NCBI GenBank assembly: GCA_963663225.1 | Contig: OY760142.1 | Location: 1,664,001-1,728,000 of the forward strand | From: Nitrospirota bacterium | GTDB taxonomy: Bacteria > Nitrospirota > UBA9217 | Length of the DNA stretch: 64,000 bases | Direction of reading: 5' to 3' | In this document: one piece after another, positions 28,898 to 40,900 of the stretch | How the letters are laid out: every line of letters begins with the position of its first letter | Position numbering within the stretch: the stretch's first letter is position 1 | Notes under the pieces: model-generated | Seen by the model: only the letters and a program-made list of their open reading frames with translations | What the model was told of the DNA's origin: nothing | The model's database searches: none | Position numbers and translations under genes: made by a program

Positions 28898-29482
28898 TCA
28901 GTCAAACTTTACTTTCGGCACAGCCTTCTCCGCCTGTGGAACTTCATAGTATTGCGCCTCGCCGACTTTGGCAAGAGAAGCAAAGAACCCGCCAAAGACG
29001 GTGCGCCGGTAGGTATTGAGCTCCTTTACATTGTCGTTGTAGCGCTTGCGCTCCACGGCAATCCTGTTTTCTGTGCCTTCAAGGCTGTCCTGAAATTTCA
29101 GAAAATTTTCATTCGCCTTGAGCTGGGGGAAAGCTTCCTGCAGCATCAGGAGCCGAGACAGAAATCCTTCAAGCTGCTGGGACGACTGGATTTTGTCTTT
29201 TACCGTGTTTGCCTGGAAGTATTTTGTGCGTGCATTGGCTATGTTTTCGAACAGCGTCTTTTCGTGTTTGGCATATCCTTTTACCGTCTCCATGAGATTG
29301 GGAATCAGATCATAGCGCCGTTTGAGCTGGTTCTCCACCTGCGCCCACTGGGACTTCACCTGTTCATCCATGGCCACGACCTTGTTGTACTGGCCGATGC
29401 CCCACATGATCCCCACGCCCGCGATCACGACGACCGCGGCAATAAGAACGAGCACTATTTTTAATCCATTATTCATCGCCAC
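28898..29482 (-). CDS. lemA: LemA family protein
   Basis: RRYDLIPNL, VKGYAKHE, PQLKAN and LEGTENRIAVER motifs. Confidence 0.95.
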   Translation of the reverse strand: MAMNNGLKIVLVLIAAVVVIAGVGIMWGIGQYNKVVAMDEQVKSQWAQVENQLKRRYDLIPNLMETVKGYAKHEKTLFENIANARTKYFQANTVKDKIQSSQQLEGFLSRLLMLQEAFPQLKANENFLKFQDSLEGTENRIAVERKRYNDNVKELNTYRRTVFGGFFASLAKVGEAQYYEVPQAEKAVPKVKFD

Positions 29483-29577
29483 CTCCTGAGTTTCTTGCTG
29501 AAGTTTTTAGAAATCGAATATCTATCACTTCTGGTATATAAGCACAGTTATTGCCGTGGAAAAAGACAATCAAAAAA

Positions 29578-30378
29578 CTACCAGCCTCCGGATGCGCCGC
29601 CCCCGCCTCCGCTGCCACCACCACCGCCGCCAAAGCTTCCTCCATCAAAGCCGCCGAATCCACCGCCGCCAAAACCTCCGAATCCACCATAGCTGTTGCC
29701 GTAGTATCCGCCGCTTCCCCACGGGCCGCCCGAGTATCTTCGCTTTCCCTGCTTTGCACGCATCAGACTCAGAAAACCTGCCAGCATGGGACCGAAGAGA
29801 AAGAGCGCCAGCAGGATTGTATTCAGCGGAATGCCCTGTTCTTTTTCCGCCCGGCGCGCTGCGCTGCCCGGCATCTCCGTCAGCTGCACTCCTTCATGTT
29901 TTGCAATGGTCCGCATTATCGCTGTTGTCGCTGCCGCGATTCCGGCGCTGTAATCACCCTGCCTGAAATAGGGAATGAGATGTTCCCTGCCGATCGAACC
30001 GAGCAGGCTGTCGGGAAGAATGTTTTCCAGCCCGTAGCCTGTTTCGAACCGGTACTTCCGGTCTTGCACGGCCACGACGATCAGCATGCCGTTGTCTTTG
30101 CGCTTCTGGCCGAGCCTCCATTTTTCCTTGGTGTTGAAAGAAAATTCCTCGATGCTCTGGCCGTCGAGGCTCTGGACCGTAAGGACCAGCACCTGTGCGG
30201 ACGTTTTTCGCTCAAGCTCCTGCAGGGAGGCGTTCAGGCGGCTTTTTACATCGCCTCTGACAATTCCGGCAAGGTCCGTTACATAGTCCCGCGGGACTGC
30301 CGGCGGCTGCGGGGTTGATGCAAATGCGTTGAATGCAGCAGCAAGAACAATTGCCTGTATGATGATTTTTTTAAGCAT
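29578..30378 (-). CDS. TPM-domain (YgcG-like) membrane protein with Gly-rich tail
   Basis: YVTDLAG, DNGML, ETGYGLE and GGGSGGGGASGGW motifs. Confidence 0.93.
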   Translation of the reverse strand: MLKKIIIQAIVLAAAFNAFASTPQPPAVPRDYVTDLAGIVRGDVKSRLNASLQELERKTSAQVLVLTVQSLDGQSIEEFSFNTKEKWRLGQKRKDNGMLIVVAVQDRKYRFETGYGLENILPDSLLGSIGREHLIPYFRQGDYSAGIAAATTAIMRTIAKHEGVQLTEMPGSAARRAEKEQGIPLNTILLALFLFGPMLAGFLSLMRAKQGKRRYSGGPWGSGGYYGNSYGGFGGFGGGGFGGFDGGSFGGGGGGSGGGGGASGGW

Positions 30379-31117
30379 GCAGGTCGTCAAGGGTCTTTTC
30401 CAGGGACTCGAGCGCGCTGTAATACTGGCGGAACAGGTCATTCAACTCCTGCCCAGACGGTTTTATGGCCCCTGTCTTGAGCGAAAGGAGCTCTTCGAAG
30501 ACAGTCGTTTTCGTGCCGGCCGTATCGCAGAATATTTTTACCACCTCGGTCCTTAAGATTGGCGGTTCCTTGCCGAAAAGATAAACGATGGATCTAAAAA
30601 GGGCGATCGAGCCGGTAATGGACCGTCTCAGCACGGCGGCAAGTGCATCTTTTTCTCCGGCCGAAGCAAGATAACCCTGCCGGAGTCCTATAAGCTTTAC
30701 CTTGACCTCGCGTTCGCATTGAAGACGAAGCGGAGCGGATTCAACGGCAAGGTCCTTGAAAATATCAATTCCATAAACGGTTTTATGCAGCAGCTTCAAA
30801 TCCAGAAATTCTACCGGAAAAGCGTCGAGGGATTTGGAGATATATTCCGGCGTCATGACAAGCGGCGCGGCAATCCTTTTTTCCCCATAGTTCCTTCCGA
30901 GCGGCGCAAGAAAGGAAATGAACTCCAGGTCCATGTCATGCAGCACTACCACGGAATTGATGTCGGATAGTTTCTCGTTGTAGTCCGGCATGACCGCGCT
31001 GCCGGTAATGTGCAGGGAATGAATGTTCCGGTCATGCCGGTCTATGATCTCACGGAGCATGGGGCCGATTTTTTCGGCGATGGACGGGGCGAGGCCGGTC
31101 AGAGTCAGGTTATTCAT
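30371..31117 (-). CDS. Nucleotidyltransferase-like hypothetical protein of LemA/TPM operons
   Basis: GSAV..DY....SDIN, DAFPVEFLD and LRLQCERE motifs; operon context. Confidence 0.8.
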   Translation of the reverse strand: MNNLTLTGLAPSIAEKIGPMLREIIDRHDRNIHSLHITGSAVMPDYNEKLSDINSVVVLHDMDLEFISFLAPLGRNYGEKRIAAPLVMTPEYISKSLDAFPVEFLDLKLLHKTVYGIDIFKDLAVESAPLRLQCEREVKVKLIGLRQGYLASAGEKDALAAVLRRSITGSIALFRSIVYLFGKEPPILRTEVVKIFCDTAGTKTTVFEELLSLKTGAIKPSGQELNDLFRQYYSALESLEKTLDDLHA

Positions 31118-31254
31118 GGCGAAATTATTATAGCACACCGGGATGCTCATCTCAATCGACGGTGGGGCATATACAGGAAATAAAAAAAACAGTCCGCCAG
31201 AAGCGTAAGAACATGGTATAATGCGGACCGGAAATTATCGATCTTTTCAGGAGG

Positions 31255-31578
31255 ATGTCGATGCAGACGATTCCTTTCTCTCTTGCGGCTCCGGGCATGG
31301 AACTCGCCAGGGAGATTAAAAATCCGGAAAGCCCTGACGGCCCGCCCATGTGCGGCAAGGGTATGGTGTTGACCGAAGCGCTGATCGCACGTCTGGGGCA
31401 GAAAAACGTGCAGGCCATAACCGTCGTGGGGAGACCGGTCAAAATGGCGGGTGAAAAGACCCTTGATGAAATGCTGCACCAGCTTGACCTCCGCTTCAGG
31501 CGGGTGGCCAAGGACCCGCTTATGATGAAGCTCAAGGAATTGTACCGGGACTATCTTATCAGGTCCCAGGGAGAATGA
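31255..31578 (+). CDS. Hypothetical protein resembling the N-terminal domain of HD-GYP proteins
   Basis: PGMELAREI...G.VLTE.LI.RL pattern; AGGAGG RBS; 1 bp from the HDOD gene. Confidence 0.7.
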   Translation: MSMQTIPFSLAAPGMELAREIKNPESPDGPPMCGKGMVLTEALIARLGQKNVQAITVVGRPVKMAGEKTLDEMLHQLDLRFRRVAKDPLMMKLKELYRDYLIRSQGE

Positions 31579-31579
31579 C

Positions 31580-32443
31580 ATGGAAGACAAACGGGCAGAA
31601 CTGCAGCGGGCAATCAAGGATACCAAATCCATACCGACGCTGCCTGGGATCATTGCGAAACTGAGCACCCTGGCGGCAAACGACAAAGTCTCGGCCAATG
31701 AGATGGCGCGAGTCGTGTCTGCGGACCAGGTTTTGTCCGCAAAAGTGTTGCGCCTCGTGAATTCGCCGTTTTACGGTTTCTCCGGCCGGGTATCAACCGT
31801 TTCAAACGCGCTTATTCTTCTCGGTGTGAATGTGGTGAAGAGCCTGGCCGTAACGAGCTCCATTTTTGAAATGATGGAAAAGCACGTCGTCGGGCTCTGG
31901 GAGCACTCCATGGGCGTGGCCACGGCGGCGCAGATCATCGCACGCCAGCTCAAGCTTCCCGATCCCGAAGAAATATCCACTGCCGCGCTGCTGCACGATA
32001 TCGGCAAAGTCGTGGTCAAGATCAATCTGAAGCAGGAATACGAGAACCTGAGCGCCTTGATCGCGGAAAAAGACCTGTCCATGATGGAGGCGGAGATCGA
32101 GCTTTTCGGGATGGACCATACCGAAGTGGGGGCATGGCTCGCCAAATCGTGGTTTCTGCCGGAAAAGCTGATCGAACCGATCACGTTTCACCATGCCGTT
32201 GAAAAATCAGTCCTGCATTCCGTGAAAACCTCGGTCGTGCATGTCGCAGACGTGCTGGTAAAGGCCGGCGGCTTCGGATTCAGCGGCGACGATATCGTTC
32301 CGCAAATACAGCCCGTTGCCTGGAAAAATCTGGGGCTTGAGGAATCCGCTTTGAAACCGATTGTGGAAGAGCTGGAAGACAGATTTATCGAACTGCAAAA
32401 TTTCAGCATGGAGATACAGTCAGCCGATGCCGCCCGCAATTAG
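31580..32443 (+). CDS. HDOD domain protein
   Basis: IPTLP, LSAKVLRLVNSPFYG, LWEHS, LLHDIGK and DHTEVG motifs. Confidence 0.93.
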   Translation: MEDKRAELQRAIKDTKSIPTLPGIIAKLSTLAANDKVSANEMARVVSADQVLSAKVLRLVNSPFYGFSGRVSTVSNALILLGVNVVKSLAVTSSIFEMMEKHVVGLWEHSMGVATAAQIIARQLKLPDPEEISTAALLHDIGKVVVKINLKQEYENLSALIAEKDLSMMEAEIELFGMDHTEVGAWLAKSWFLPEKLIEPITFHHAVEKSVLHSVKTSVVHVADVLVKAGGFGFSGDDIVPQIQPVAWKNLGLEESALKPIVEELEDRFIELQNFSMEIQSADAARN

Positions 32444-33350
32444 GATCGCGTTAATCTCGCAGGACAAAAGCCTTCTTTCCCGCCTGGAGCTCAGGCTCCA
32501 GAGCCGCGGCTATCAAGTGGTTCAGATCGAGTCTCTTGCGGGAGTCCTGGGGTTTCTGTACGCGGACCCTCCCGACCTCGTCATTATCAACCTTGCCTCA
32601 CTGGACGAAGCATCGCAGCAGGTCATCCATGATCTGCGGGAGGACAGCTACTTCAGCGTCATTCCCTTGATTGCCGTGCTGGACCGGCTGCCTGAAGATT
32701 CTTTTGACTGGAGCGCCCTGCCTGTTGATGATTTTGTCGTGCAGCCGCTGAACTATGATGAGCTGTTCAGGCGCGTCAATCTCGCCATGCAGCGGATCCA
32801 GCGCATTTTCGACAACAATCCCCTCACCAGACTTCCCGGCAACACCTCCATTCAACATGCGATCGACAAAGCCCTGGGAAAGGCCATGGCGGTCTGCTAT
32901 GTGGATATCAACCATTTCAAGCCGTACAACGATACCTACGGTTTCTCCCGCGGCGATGATGTGATCCGGATGGTTGCGCGGATCACCGCAAATGTCGTGC
33001 GGGACCAGGGGGAAGGCGGTTTTGTGGGCCACGTGGGCGGGGACGATTTTGTGTTTGTCGTGCCGCTGGGAAAAGCGGAAGCTGCCTGCCAGACCATTAT
33101 CGACAATTTTTCAGGAGTCGCGTCGGACCTCTTCGGCGAAGCGGAGAAAAAGAAGGGGTATTACATCGCCAAGGACCGGAACAATGTCGAATCGAAGATA
33201 CCGCTGCTGAGCCTGTCCATCGCCATCGTGCCGACGAGCACGCCGTACATCCAGCATCCGGGCAAAGTCGCTGAAGTTGCCGCCGAGCTGAAAAAACTTG
33301 CCAAGAAATCCCCCGGCAGTGCCTATGTCATCGACCGTCGGAAAAGGTAA
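32427..33350 (+). CDS. Pseudo-receiver/GGDEF diguanylate cyclase (GGDDF variant)
   Basis: NPLTRLPGN, DINHFKPYNDTYG and GHVGGDDF motifs. Receiver phospho-Asp replaced by Asn (DLVIINL). Confidence 0.88.
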   Translation: MPPAIRIALISQDKSLLSRLELRLQSRGYQVVQIESLAGVLGFLYADPPDLVIINLASLDEASQQVIHDLREDSYFSVIPLIAVLDRLPEDSFDWSALPVDDFVVQPLNYDELFRRVNLAMQRIQRIFDNNPLTRLPGNTSIQHAIDKALGKAMAVCYVDINHFKPYNDTYGFSRGDDVIRMVARITANVVRDQGEGGFVGHVGGDDFVFVVPLGKAEAACQTIIDNFSGVASDLFGEAEKKKGYYIAKDRNNVESKIPLLSLSIAIVPTSTPYIQHPGKVAEVAAELKKLAKKSPGSAYVIDRRKR

Positions 33351-33481
33351 GAGTCATCCGGCCGTGTCTTTCAGAAGGCCGGATTTCATTCCTGCGGACA
33401 TGCAATATACAACCTCCACCCCGCTTGACACTTCGGACAATCCAGATATAATTTAACTATTAAAAACGAGGGCTGTACGGC

Positions 33482-34018
33482 ATGGCGAAACTGCTCGAAA
33501 AAAAGATTGGCGAAGCGCTGCTGCGTCTGATATCCTCCGACATCACCGAGAGAAAGGTTGATGCTGTCGTGAACGCGGCCAACAGCCGTCTGCAGCACGG
33601 AGGCGGTGTGGCAGGTGCGATTGTCAAAAGGGGCGGCAGGATCATCCAGGAGGAGAGCGACAGGATAGGCTTTGTTCCCGTGGGCGGTGCTGCAATCACG
33701 ACCGGCGGATCATTACATGCGCACTCCGTCATTCACGCTGTCGGGCCGAGGATGGGCGAAGGAGACGAAGAAAACAAATTAAGGAAAGCGGTCAACAGCG
33801 TGCTCACGCTTGCCGCGGAGAAAAAATTCACCAGCATATCGCTGCCGGCCATAAGCGCTGGAATCTTCGGGTTTCCCAAGGACCGCTGCGCAAAAATTCT
33901 CGTGGAAGAAACGGAGTCTTTTTTAAAAAACAGTCCGGCTGCTTCGCTCAGACTTGTCGAATTCTGCATTCCTGATCCGGAGGCCTTTGAATACTTTAAA
34001 AACGAATTGGAAAAATAA
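33482..34018 (+). CDS. Macro domain protein (ADP-ribose hydrolase, YmdB-like)
   Basis: DIT, VNAAN..L.HGGGVAGAI, IHAVGP and PAISAGIFGFP motifs. Confidence 0.93.
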   Translation: MAKLLEKKIGEALLRLISSDITERKVDAVVNAANSRLQHGGGVAGAIVKRGGRIIQEESDRIGFVPVGGAAITTGGSLHAHSVIHAVGPRMGEGDEENKLRKAVNSVLTLAAEKKFTSISLPAISAGIFGFPKDRCAKILVEETESFLKNSPAASLRLVEFCIPDPEAFEYFKNELEK

Positions 34019-34078
34019 AAACGCACCAGGAAATCATCCTGATCTTAATACTTCGCCACACGCGAAAGGAGCCATGCT

Positions 34079-34522
34079 ATGATAAAAGAGTTCAAGGCAT
34101 TCATCATGCGGGGCAATGTGCTTGATCTGGCGGTCGCAGTCATCATCGGCGGTGTTTTTGGAAAGATTGTGAGTTCGCTGGTCAATGACGTTCTTATGCC
34201 GCCCATCGGGGCCCTAATGGGCAAGGTGGATTTCAGCAGCCTCTATCTCAATCTCTCAACGGAGACGTACACGAGCCTTGCAGAGGCGCAAAAAGCCGGA
34301 GCTCCGGTCATCAAGTACGGGCTGTTTATCAATACCGTCATTGATTTCATCATTGTGTCGTTCGTTATTTTTCTCGTGGTGCGCATGGCCAACCGGCTGC
34401 AGCAGAAGCCGGCTGCAGCACCCGCGGAGCCGACCACGAAGGAATGCCCGCATTGCCTGTCGACCGTTCCGATAAAAGCCACACGCTGCGCGCACTGCAC
34501 ATCCGAACTGAAAGTTGCCTGA
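34079..34522 (+). CDS. mscL: Large-conductance mechanosensitive channel with C-terminal zinc ribbon
   Basis: [21 protein letters not shown] motif; CPHC...CAHC tail. Confidence 0.95.
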   Translation: MIKEFKAFIMRGNVLDLAVAVIIGGVFGKIVSSLVNDVLMPPIGALMGKVDFSSLYLNLSTETYTSLAEAQKAGAPVIKYGLFINTVIDFIIVSFVIFLVVRMANRLQQKPAAAPAEPTTKECPHCLSTVPIKATRCAHCTSELKVA

Positions 34523-34543
34523 TTAGTAAACCCTAAAAACAAG

Positions 34544-34588
34544 GTCCCAGCTGCCGATTTGAGATAAAGTCGGTGCTGGGACTCCTTT
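34544..34588 (+). terminator. Stem-loop/terminator after mscL
   Basis: GTCCCAGC...GCTGGGAC stem followed by TCCTTT. Confidence 0.55.
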
Positions 34589-34789
34589 GTGCATTGATTA
34601 CAAAGTTTATTTTTCCAGCCAAATTATCCTTCAACCAAACTGCACGTAGTTAAGTTACGCTAAACAGTTCTTTCCAAACTATCCGCATAAAAAAAAGTTT
34701 TTTAGCCAAAATATTGTCATTTGTCATTTATCCGGCATTTTTTATAAATCTATTTTGAAAAAAATTGAAACATTTTGATACTTTATGTT

Positions 34790-34807
34790 TAGGCATGCTA
34801 GTTGCTA
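34790..34807 (+). promoter_or_regulatory. sigma54 (-24/-12) promoter upstream of the giant surface protein
   Basis: TAGGCATGCTAGTTGCTA has GG-N10-GC spacing, within an AT-rich intergenic region. Confidence 0.55.
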
Positions 34808-34950
34808 TACGTTATCATACTCCTACTTAAGTTATTGAAGAAAAAATATAATTCATAGTAATGCGGAACGTAGCTGTTATTGGATACTAATTTTTTTGAG
34901 TAACAGGCATCGTGAGTGAGCGGCTGGTCATATAACAAAAAAGGACGGTC

Positions 34951-37900
34951 ATGCTATCAACTATCAATGTCGGTGAAAAAAATAATTTCGGGAAAAACCT
35001 GCTGTATTCAATAAGGAGTGCGGTGAGCGTTCCCTGTAAAGCAGTAACCAAAGCGCTTTGCAGAATGCGAACATCAAATGTCCTTAGGTTCGCATTGTTT
35101 TGGATGTTAGCCTTCGCTGCACCCGTGTATGCGGATATGAGTGCCTCCGTCACGCTCTTGAGCGGAGATCCCACTGACATCTACCCGAGCCAGACGACGC
35201 GCCTTCAAATAACTCTTTCCAACAGCAACCAGACCGCTCAAATAACGAATGTTGCTTTCAGTAACAGCCTGCCCGGAACGTGGCCCAATGCGCTGCGAAT
35301 TGCCGGTGTGTACACGTACACCTGTACTGATCCAAGCGGCCCGGTAACATCGCCCGGGTCCGGGACGTTGACTGCCGATGTAAATACGCAGGCAATATCG
35401 CTGTCCGGCGGCGTGATACCCGCCCGCGCCAACAATACCGACGGCACCTGCACAATCGTTATTCCGGTAACCGCAGGAACTTCCAGCGGGAGCACGGCAA
35501 CATATACCTATCAGATACTGAGCGGTGCCGTTACCGGCGATGACGGCTCAGCTGTTGCCAATTCCGGCACCGTCAGCCAGAGCGTCAATGTGCGCGCGCT
35601 TACTCCTCCTTCACTGTCCAAGAGCTTTGCTTCATCGAACATATACCTCGGAGGAAATGCGACGACGCTTACCATAACCCTTGCCAACGCAAACCCGGTA
35701 GCGATCACAAACTTCAGCATAACCGATGCGTTCCCGCAGCTGGGGGGTGCGGCCATTATACGGGTCGCCGCAACGCCGGGAGCTGCGGCAAGCTGCAATA
35801 ATGGCGGCAGCGCGCCGACATTCAGCCCTTCAGCAGGCGACACTTCGATCAGCGCGACGGGAACGATCCCGGCCAGATCGGGAAGTACGAATGGAAGCTG
35901 CACGATCAGCGTGAGCATTGAAGGCGCCCAAACCAACAGCCTGTATACGACAGGAGCGCAGGCAAATACCATCAACAGGCTGACCAACTTCAGCAATGAT
36001 GTCGGCATTGTACCTACAGCGAATGCCACCGCAAATATAACCGTACTATCACCGCTCCGGCTGAACAAAGCGTTTGCGCATGCGGCACTTTCCAGCGGCC
36101 AGTCGGACAGCCTGACGATCACGCTCTATAATGACGGGAATACCGATCTGACGGTGACCACTTTTACCGATGATCCCATTGACGGAACGACTGCCGGCAA
36201 TACCAATCCCTATGGTTTAAAAGTCACAGGCCAATCGACCACCTGCGCGGGAGGCACGGTAACCCCCACGCTGAACAATACCGGCGTTACCCTGACCGAC
36301 GGCGTTATTCCCCACAACGGTTCCTGCACGGTCACGGTAAGCTTCACAGGCACCGTGACGACTGCGGGAGTCCCCGTAACATATACAAACTCGATTCCGC
36401 AGGGTGCTGTCGGAACGACAACCGCCGGAATCATAAGCCAGACCCGCTCTGCATCGATTCTTGTCGCGGATGATCTCCGGGTCACGAAAAGCGCGGCTCC
36501 GACAACAGCTGCGCCCGGCAACCCGGTCCGCTACACGCTTACCGTTTACAATTATACCGCCTCGGCAATTTCCAATCTGGCCGTGACGGACCATCTCACC
36601 AACGGGACGACATTTCTTACCGGAACAATCAATGGGAACAATTATACGCCGTCGATATCAGGTGCTTGTTCGGGTTTGTCCGTTACGGGAGCCGTCGGAG
36701 ATACCGTTCCTGTATTCACGATCAGTTCATTCAATGCCCGCACGGACGCCAACACTCCAAGCTCATGCACGGTGACGTTTTATGCGATGACTTCAAAAAC
36801 CGCGGCCAACGGATCGTCCACAGCCAACACCATCAGCGCAGGAGACGTATGCTACAACGGCGGCGCAACCTGCAACGGCGCGGGAACAAGCTCCACCGGA
36901 ACCACCGTGACGACGACGCTGATTACCGCGGCAAAGAGTTTCTCCCCTGCCGGTCCGCTTCCGGAAGGGTCGATCTCGACCATGACCATCACGCTGACGA
37001 ACCAGTCTGCAAGTCCCATCACGAATGCCACCATCTCCGACACGCTGCCGGTAGCAACAGTCGGAGGCGGCCAGATGCGTATCGCGAGTCCTTCGAATGC
37101 CGCCAGCACCTGCGGCAGCCCCATGATCACGGCCGTTGCCGGGTCGACATCACTCGCCATGAATGGCGGAACGATACCCGCGCGGGCAAGCAACGGCACC
37201 GGAACAGCCGGCACCTGTTTTATCAGGGTTGATGTGATCGGCCCTGCCGGGACGTACAACAACACGGCAACCGCGGGCGGCACGGAAACGTATGCAGACG
37301 GCACCACGCATTCAGTGACTCCCGTGACCACGGCGGTGGCCACGCTGGTTTATACCTCTTCCTTGTCGGCAACAAAGAGTTTCAACCCTGCGAGTGTTTC
37401 CTCGGGCGGACGATCCACCGTGACCGTGCGGCTTTCGAACTCAGGTGCGGCGGCCCTCACCAACGTGGGCGCCACCGATCCGCTGCCTGCCGGCATGGTG
37501 GTCGCACCCACGCCGAATGCGTATACGACCTGTGCGGGCAGTCCGTTGATCACGGCTGCGGCGGGTGCCGGTTCGGTCAGTATGTCCGGGGCCGGTCTTG
37601 CCGGTTCCGGAACGTGCGATCTTCTTTTTGACGTGGTGGCAACCGGCAGCGCCAGCTGGAGCAATACGATCCCGATCGGCAACATTACGGCTGACGGCGG
37701 GGTGCGGAATCAGACGGCGGTTTCAGCAACGCTCACGTATAACGCGCCGACGGCCCTGACCGTCGCGAAAGCAACGAATCCCAGCACCCTGACTTTTCCG
37801 GGGCAGATGAGCCAGTTCATTATTACGATAACCAACGGCACACAAGCAGTAACAAATCTCCGGCTGACGGATTATTTTACGGCAAACGGCACTTCAGGAG

Positions 37901-40900
37901 CTTCCGTAAACGGTATGGTCGTTGCTGCAACTCCGGGAACATCGACAACGTGTCCTGGCGGCGTCATATCTGCAGTCGCAGGCAGCACATCGGTCGGAAT
38001 CTCCGGGGTTTCGCTTGCCGCAAGCGCTTCCTGCACGGTGGGCGTCAACGTCACTTCGACCAGCGTAGGAGGCATTACCAATTATATTCCGGTCGGCTCC
38101 ATTATTACGGACCAGGGCTTGACCAACAGCGGGCAGGCGAGCACCAGTCTCGCGACCCAGAGCAATATCGGTATAGTAAAGCAGTTTACCCCCGCGGTCG
38201 TAAAGCCGGGCCAGAGATCGAGACTCCGTATTACGTTCTACAATCCGACAAGCCTGCCCATGGCGAATCTCGCGGTGATCGATACCCTGCCTGCCGGGGT
38301 AACGGTGCCGAGCGGTCCGAATCCCACCTCGAGCTGCACAGGAGCGACGGTTTTGTCCCCTGCATCCGACCAGGTGCAGGTTTCGGGCGGTACCATTGCC
38401 GCCGCGTCCTCCGGCGTATCAGCTTCATGTTATGCGGAAATCGACGTGACGGCCTCGGCGCAGGGTGATTATGTTAATACCATTGCCGCCGGAGCAGTCA
38501 CCGCAACGAGCGGCGGCGCACCGACAACCAATTCCCAACCGGCCAGCGACACACTTCGCGCCAAATCACCGATTACGATTCACAAAGCAATCGGCGGATA
38601 TACGCTCGATGCGGGCAGTCCTGCCGGATTCACAACCGGCTCGGCGACGCGTACTCCCGGCAGCACAGCGACGCTGGTCATACGGATGGACAATCCCAAC
38701 ACGGTGCCGCTGACGTCAACGGCATTCACCGATGCGCTTCCAGCCGGCCTGGTGGTTGCCACGACACCGAACGCATCCACGACCTGCACCGGCGGGACCG
38801 TAATCGCGCCGGCTTCGGGCACCAGTATCAGACTTTCAGGCGCGACCATACCCGCGAGCGGAAACTGCACCGTGAGCGTGGACGTGCTGAGCAACATATC
38901 TGCGGCGTATACAAACAGCATCGCAGCCTCCAGCATCACAACGTTTGAAGGCGTGAGCAATGAGGAGCCGACCAGCGCGCAACTGGTCGTTTCGACCCCG
39001 CCCACAGTAAGCAAACAGTTTGCACCCGCAGTCATTCCGACCAACGGCACCTCGACGCTCACGATCTATCTCGAAAACAGCAATGCAACAGCCCTGACCC
39101 TGACGTCGGTCTTTACCGACACGCTTCCGACCGCGCCTGGCACTATTGTGGTAGCGGCCGTTCCCAATATCGTCAAAACATGCCCCGGCGCCGTTACCGC
39201 TGCTGCGGGGAGTGGCACCGTTACCTATGCGAACGGCGCACAAATCCCGGTCGGCGGCTGTTCAATCAGCGTGAATGTGACCGGGGCGACATCCGGCGTG
39301 CATACGAACAACATTCCGGCAGGGGCACTCCAGACGAATCTCGGCAACAACCAGCAGCCGGCGAATTCCACGCTGACGATCAGCACCATGGGGTTCATCT
39401 CAGGCCGGGTGTTTAAAGACAACAATGTCACACCGAACGGGACGTACGAGACCGGAACGGACACGCCCATTTCCGGCGTCAGCATCGATCTGCGCAGCGG
39501 CGCCAATTGCAGCGGTGCATTGGTGAGCGTTGTCGGCCTCACAAATCCGACCACAACGGACGCGCTCGGCAATTATATGTTCTCCGGCTTGCCAGCAGGC
39601 ACCTATTCGGCCTGCGAGCCTGTACAGCCGACCGGCACGGTCAACGGTACTACGACGGCGGGAGCCATTACGTCAGTGAACGGCAGCACGGGTGCGGCAG
39701 GCGCTGCATCCAATCCGACATCGGCGACAAGCCAGATCGTCAACATTGTTTTGAACGGCGACGGATCGGCAGGCGCAGTCAGCGGCACCATGGGCAATAA
39801 TTTTGCCGAGATCGTGCTGTCGAGTATTTCCGGATCGGTATTTTTGGACCAGAACAACAACGGCGTCCAGAACGGCGCGGATGCCGGAATCGCCAATGTC
39901 ACGATAGAGCTGCTGAACAATGCCACCACGGTCATCGCGACCGCCACAACCGATTCCAATGGAGCATACGCCTTCACGAATCTGCAGCCCGGCACCTATT
40001 CCGTGCGCGAACCGGGCCAGCCGGCTGCAACAGCAAACGGCATAACGGCAGCCGGAACGGTAGCCAATGGAGGGACCGCAGGCACCGCGACCAGCGTGAC
40101 CGTCACGCCGAGCGTCATTAGTGCCATTGTCCTGCCTCCGAATACGACCGCGGCCGGGAACAATTTTGCAGAAATTCCGCTGGGCCGCAGGATATCCGGC
40201 GTCGTGTTCCTTGATTACAACAACGACGGCACCTTTAACGGCTCTGACCACGGCATCGGCAGTCAGACGCTGAGCCTGACCGGGACCGACATTAACGGGA
40301 ACACGGTGAGCGGCTCCGCGACCACGAACTCAGACGGCTCCTACGACTTTCTGAATTTGCCGGAAGGCACCTACACCGTGAACCAGCCGGGTCAGCCGGC
40401 AGGGACGACGAACGGCACGACGACTGCGGGCAGCACCGGCGGAACAGCAACGAATCCTACCGGCACCAGCAGCCGCATTGTCAATATCAGCCTTATGGGC
40501 GGCAACACGGTGTCCGCGAACAACAATTTTGCAGAGCAGCCGGGTGCGGCGCCTGACCTTGCCATTGCAAAGACCCATACCCCGGCCAGCCTCGGTGCTT
40601 CGAGCACGACGGGATATTTCACGCTGACCCCGAGCAACGTCGGCACGGTTTCGACGAGCGGCGCCATCACCATCACGGATACGATGCCTGCCGATCTTGC
40701 TCCGACGGTCGCGTCCGGAACAGGCTGGGCGTGTTCTATTGCAGGCCAGACCATCTCCTGCACCTCTTCGTCCGCCATCGCCGCCGGTGCAAGCGGTAAT
40801 GCCGTGACGGTGCGGGTAACGGTCGGCGCCGGGCTTTCGGGACAGATACTGGTAAACACGGCGGTAATTTCCGGAGGCGGAGAGCCGGTTGGGTTTGACG

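Noticed and set aside
29578-29720. GC-rich tandem repeats (ccgccg/ccacc)
   Set aside because: They encode the normal Gly-rich tail of TPM-domain proteins and are not a CRISPR array or VNTR.
32427-33350. Hypr-type GGDEF (3',3'-cGAMP synthase)
   Set aside because: The specificity position keeps Asp (YGFSRGDD) rather than the Ser typical of Hypr enzymes.
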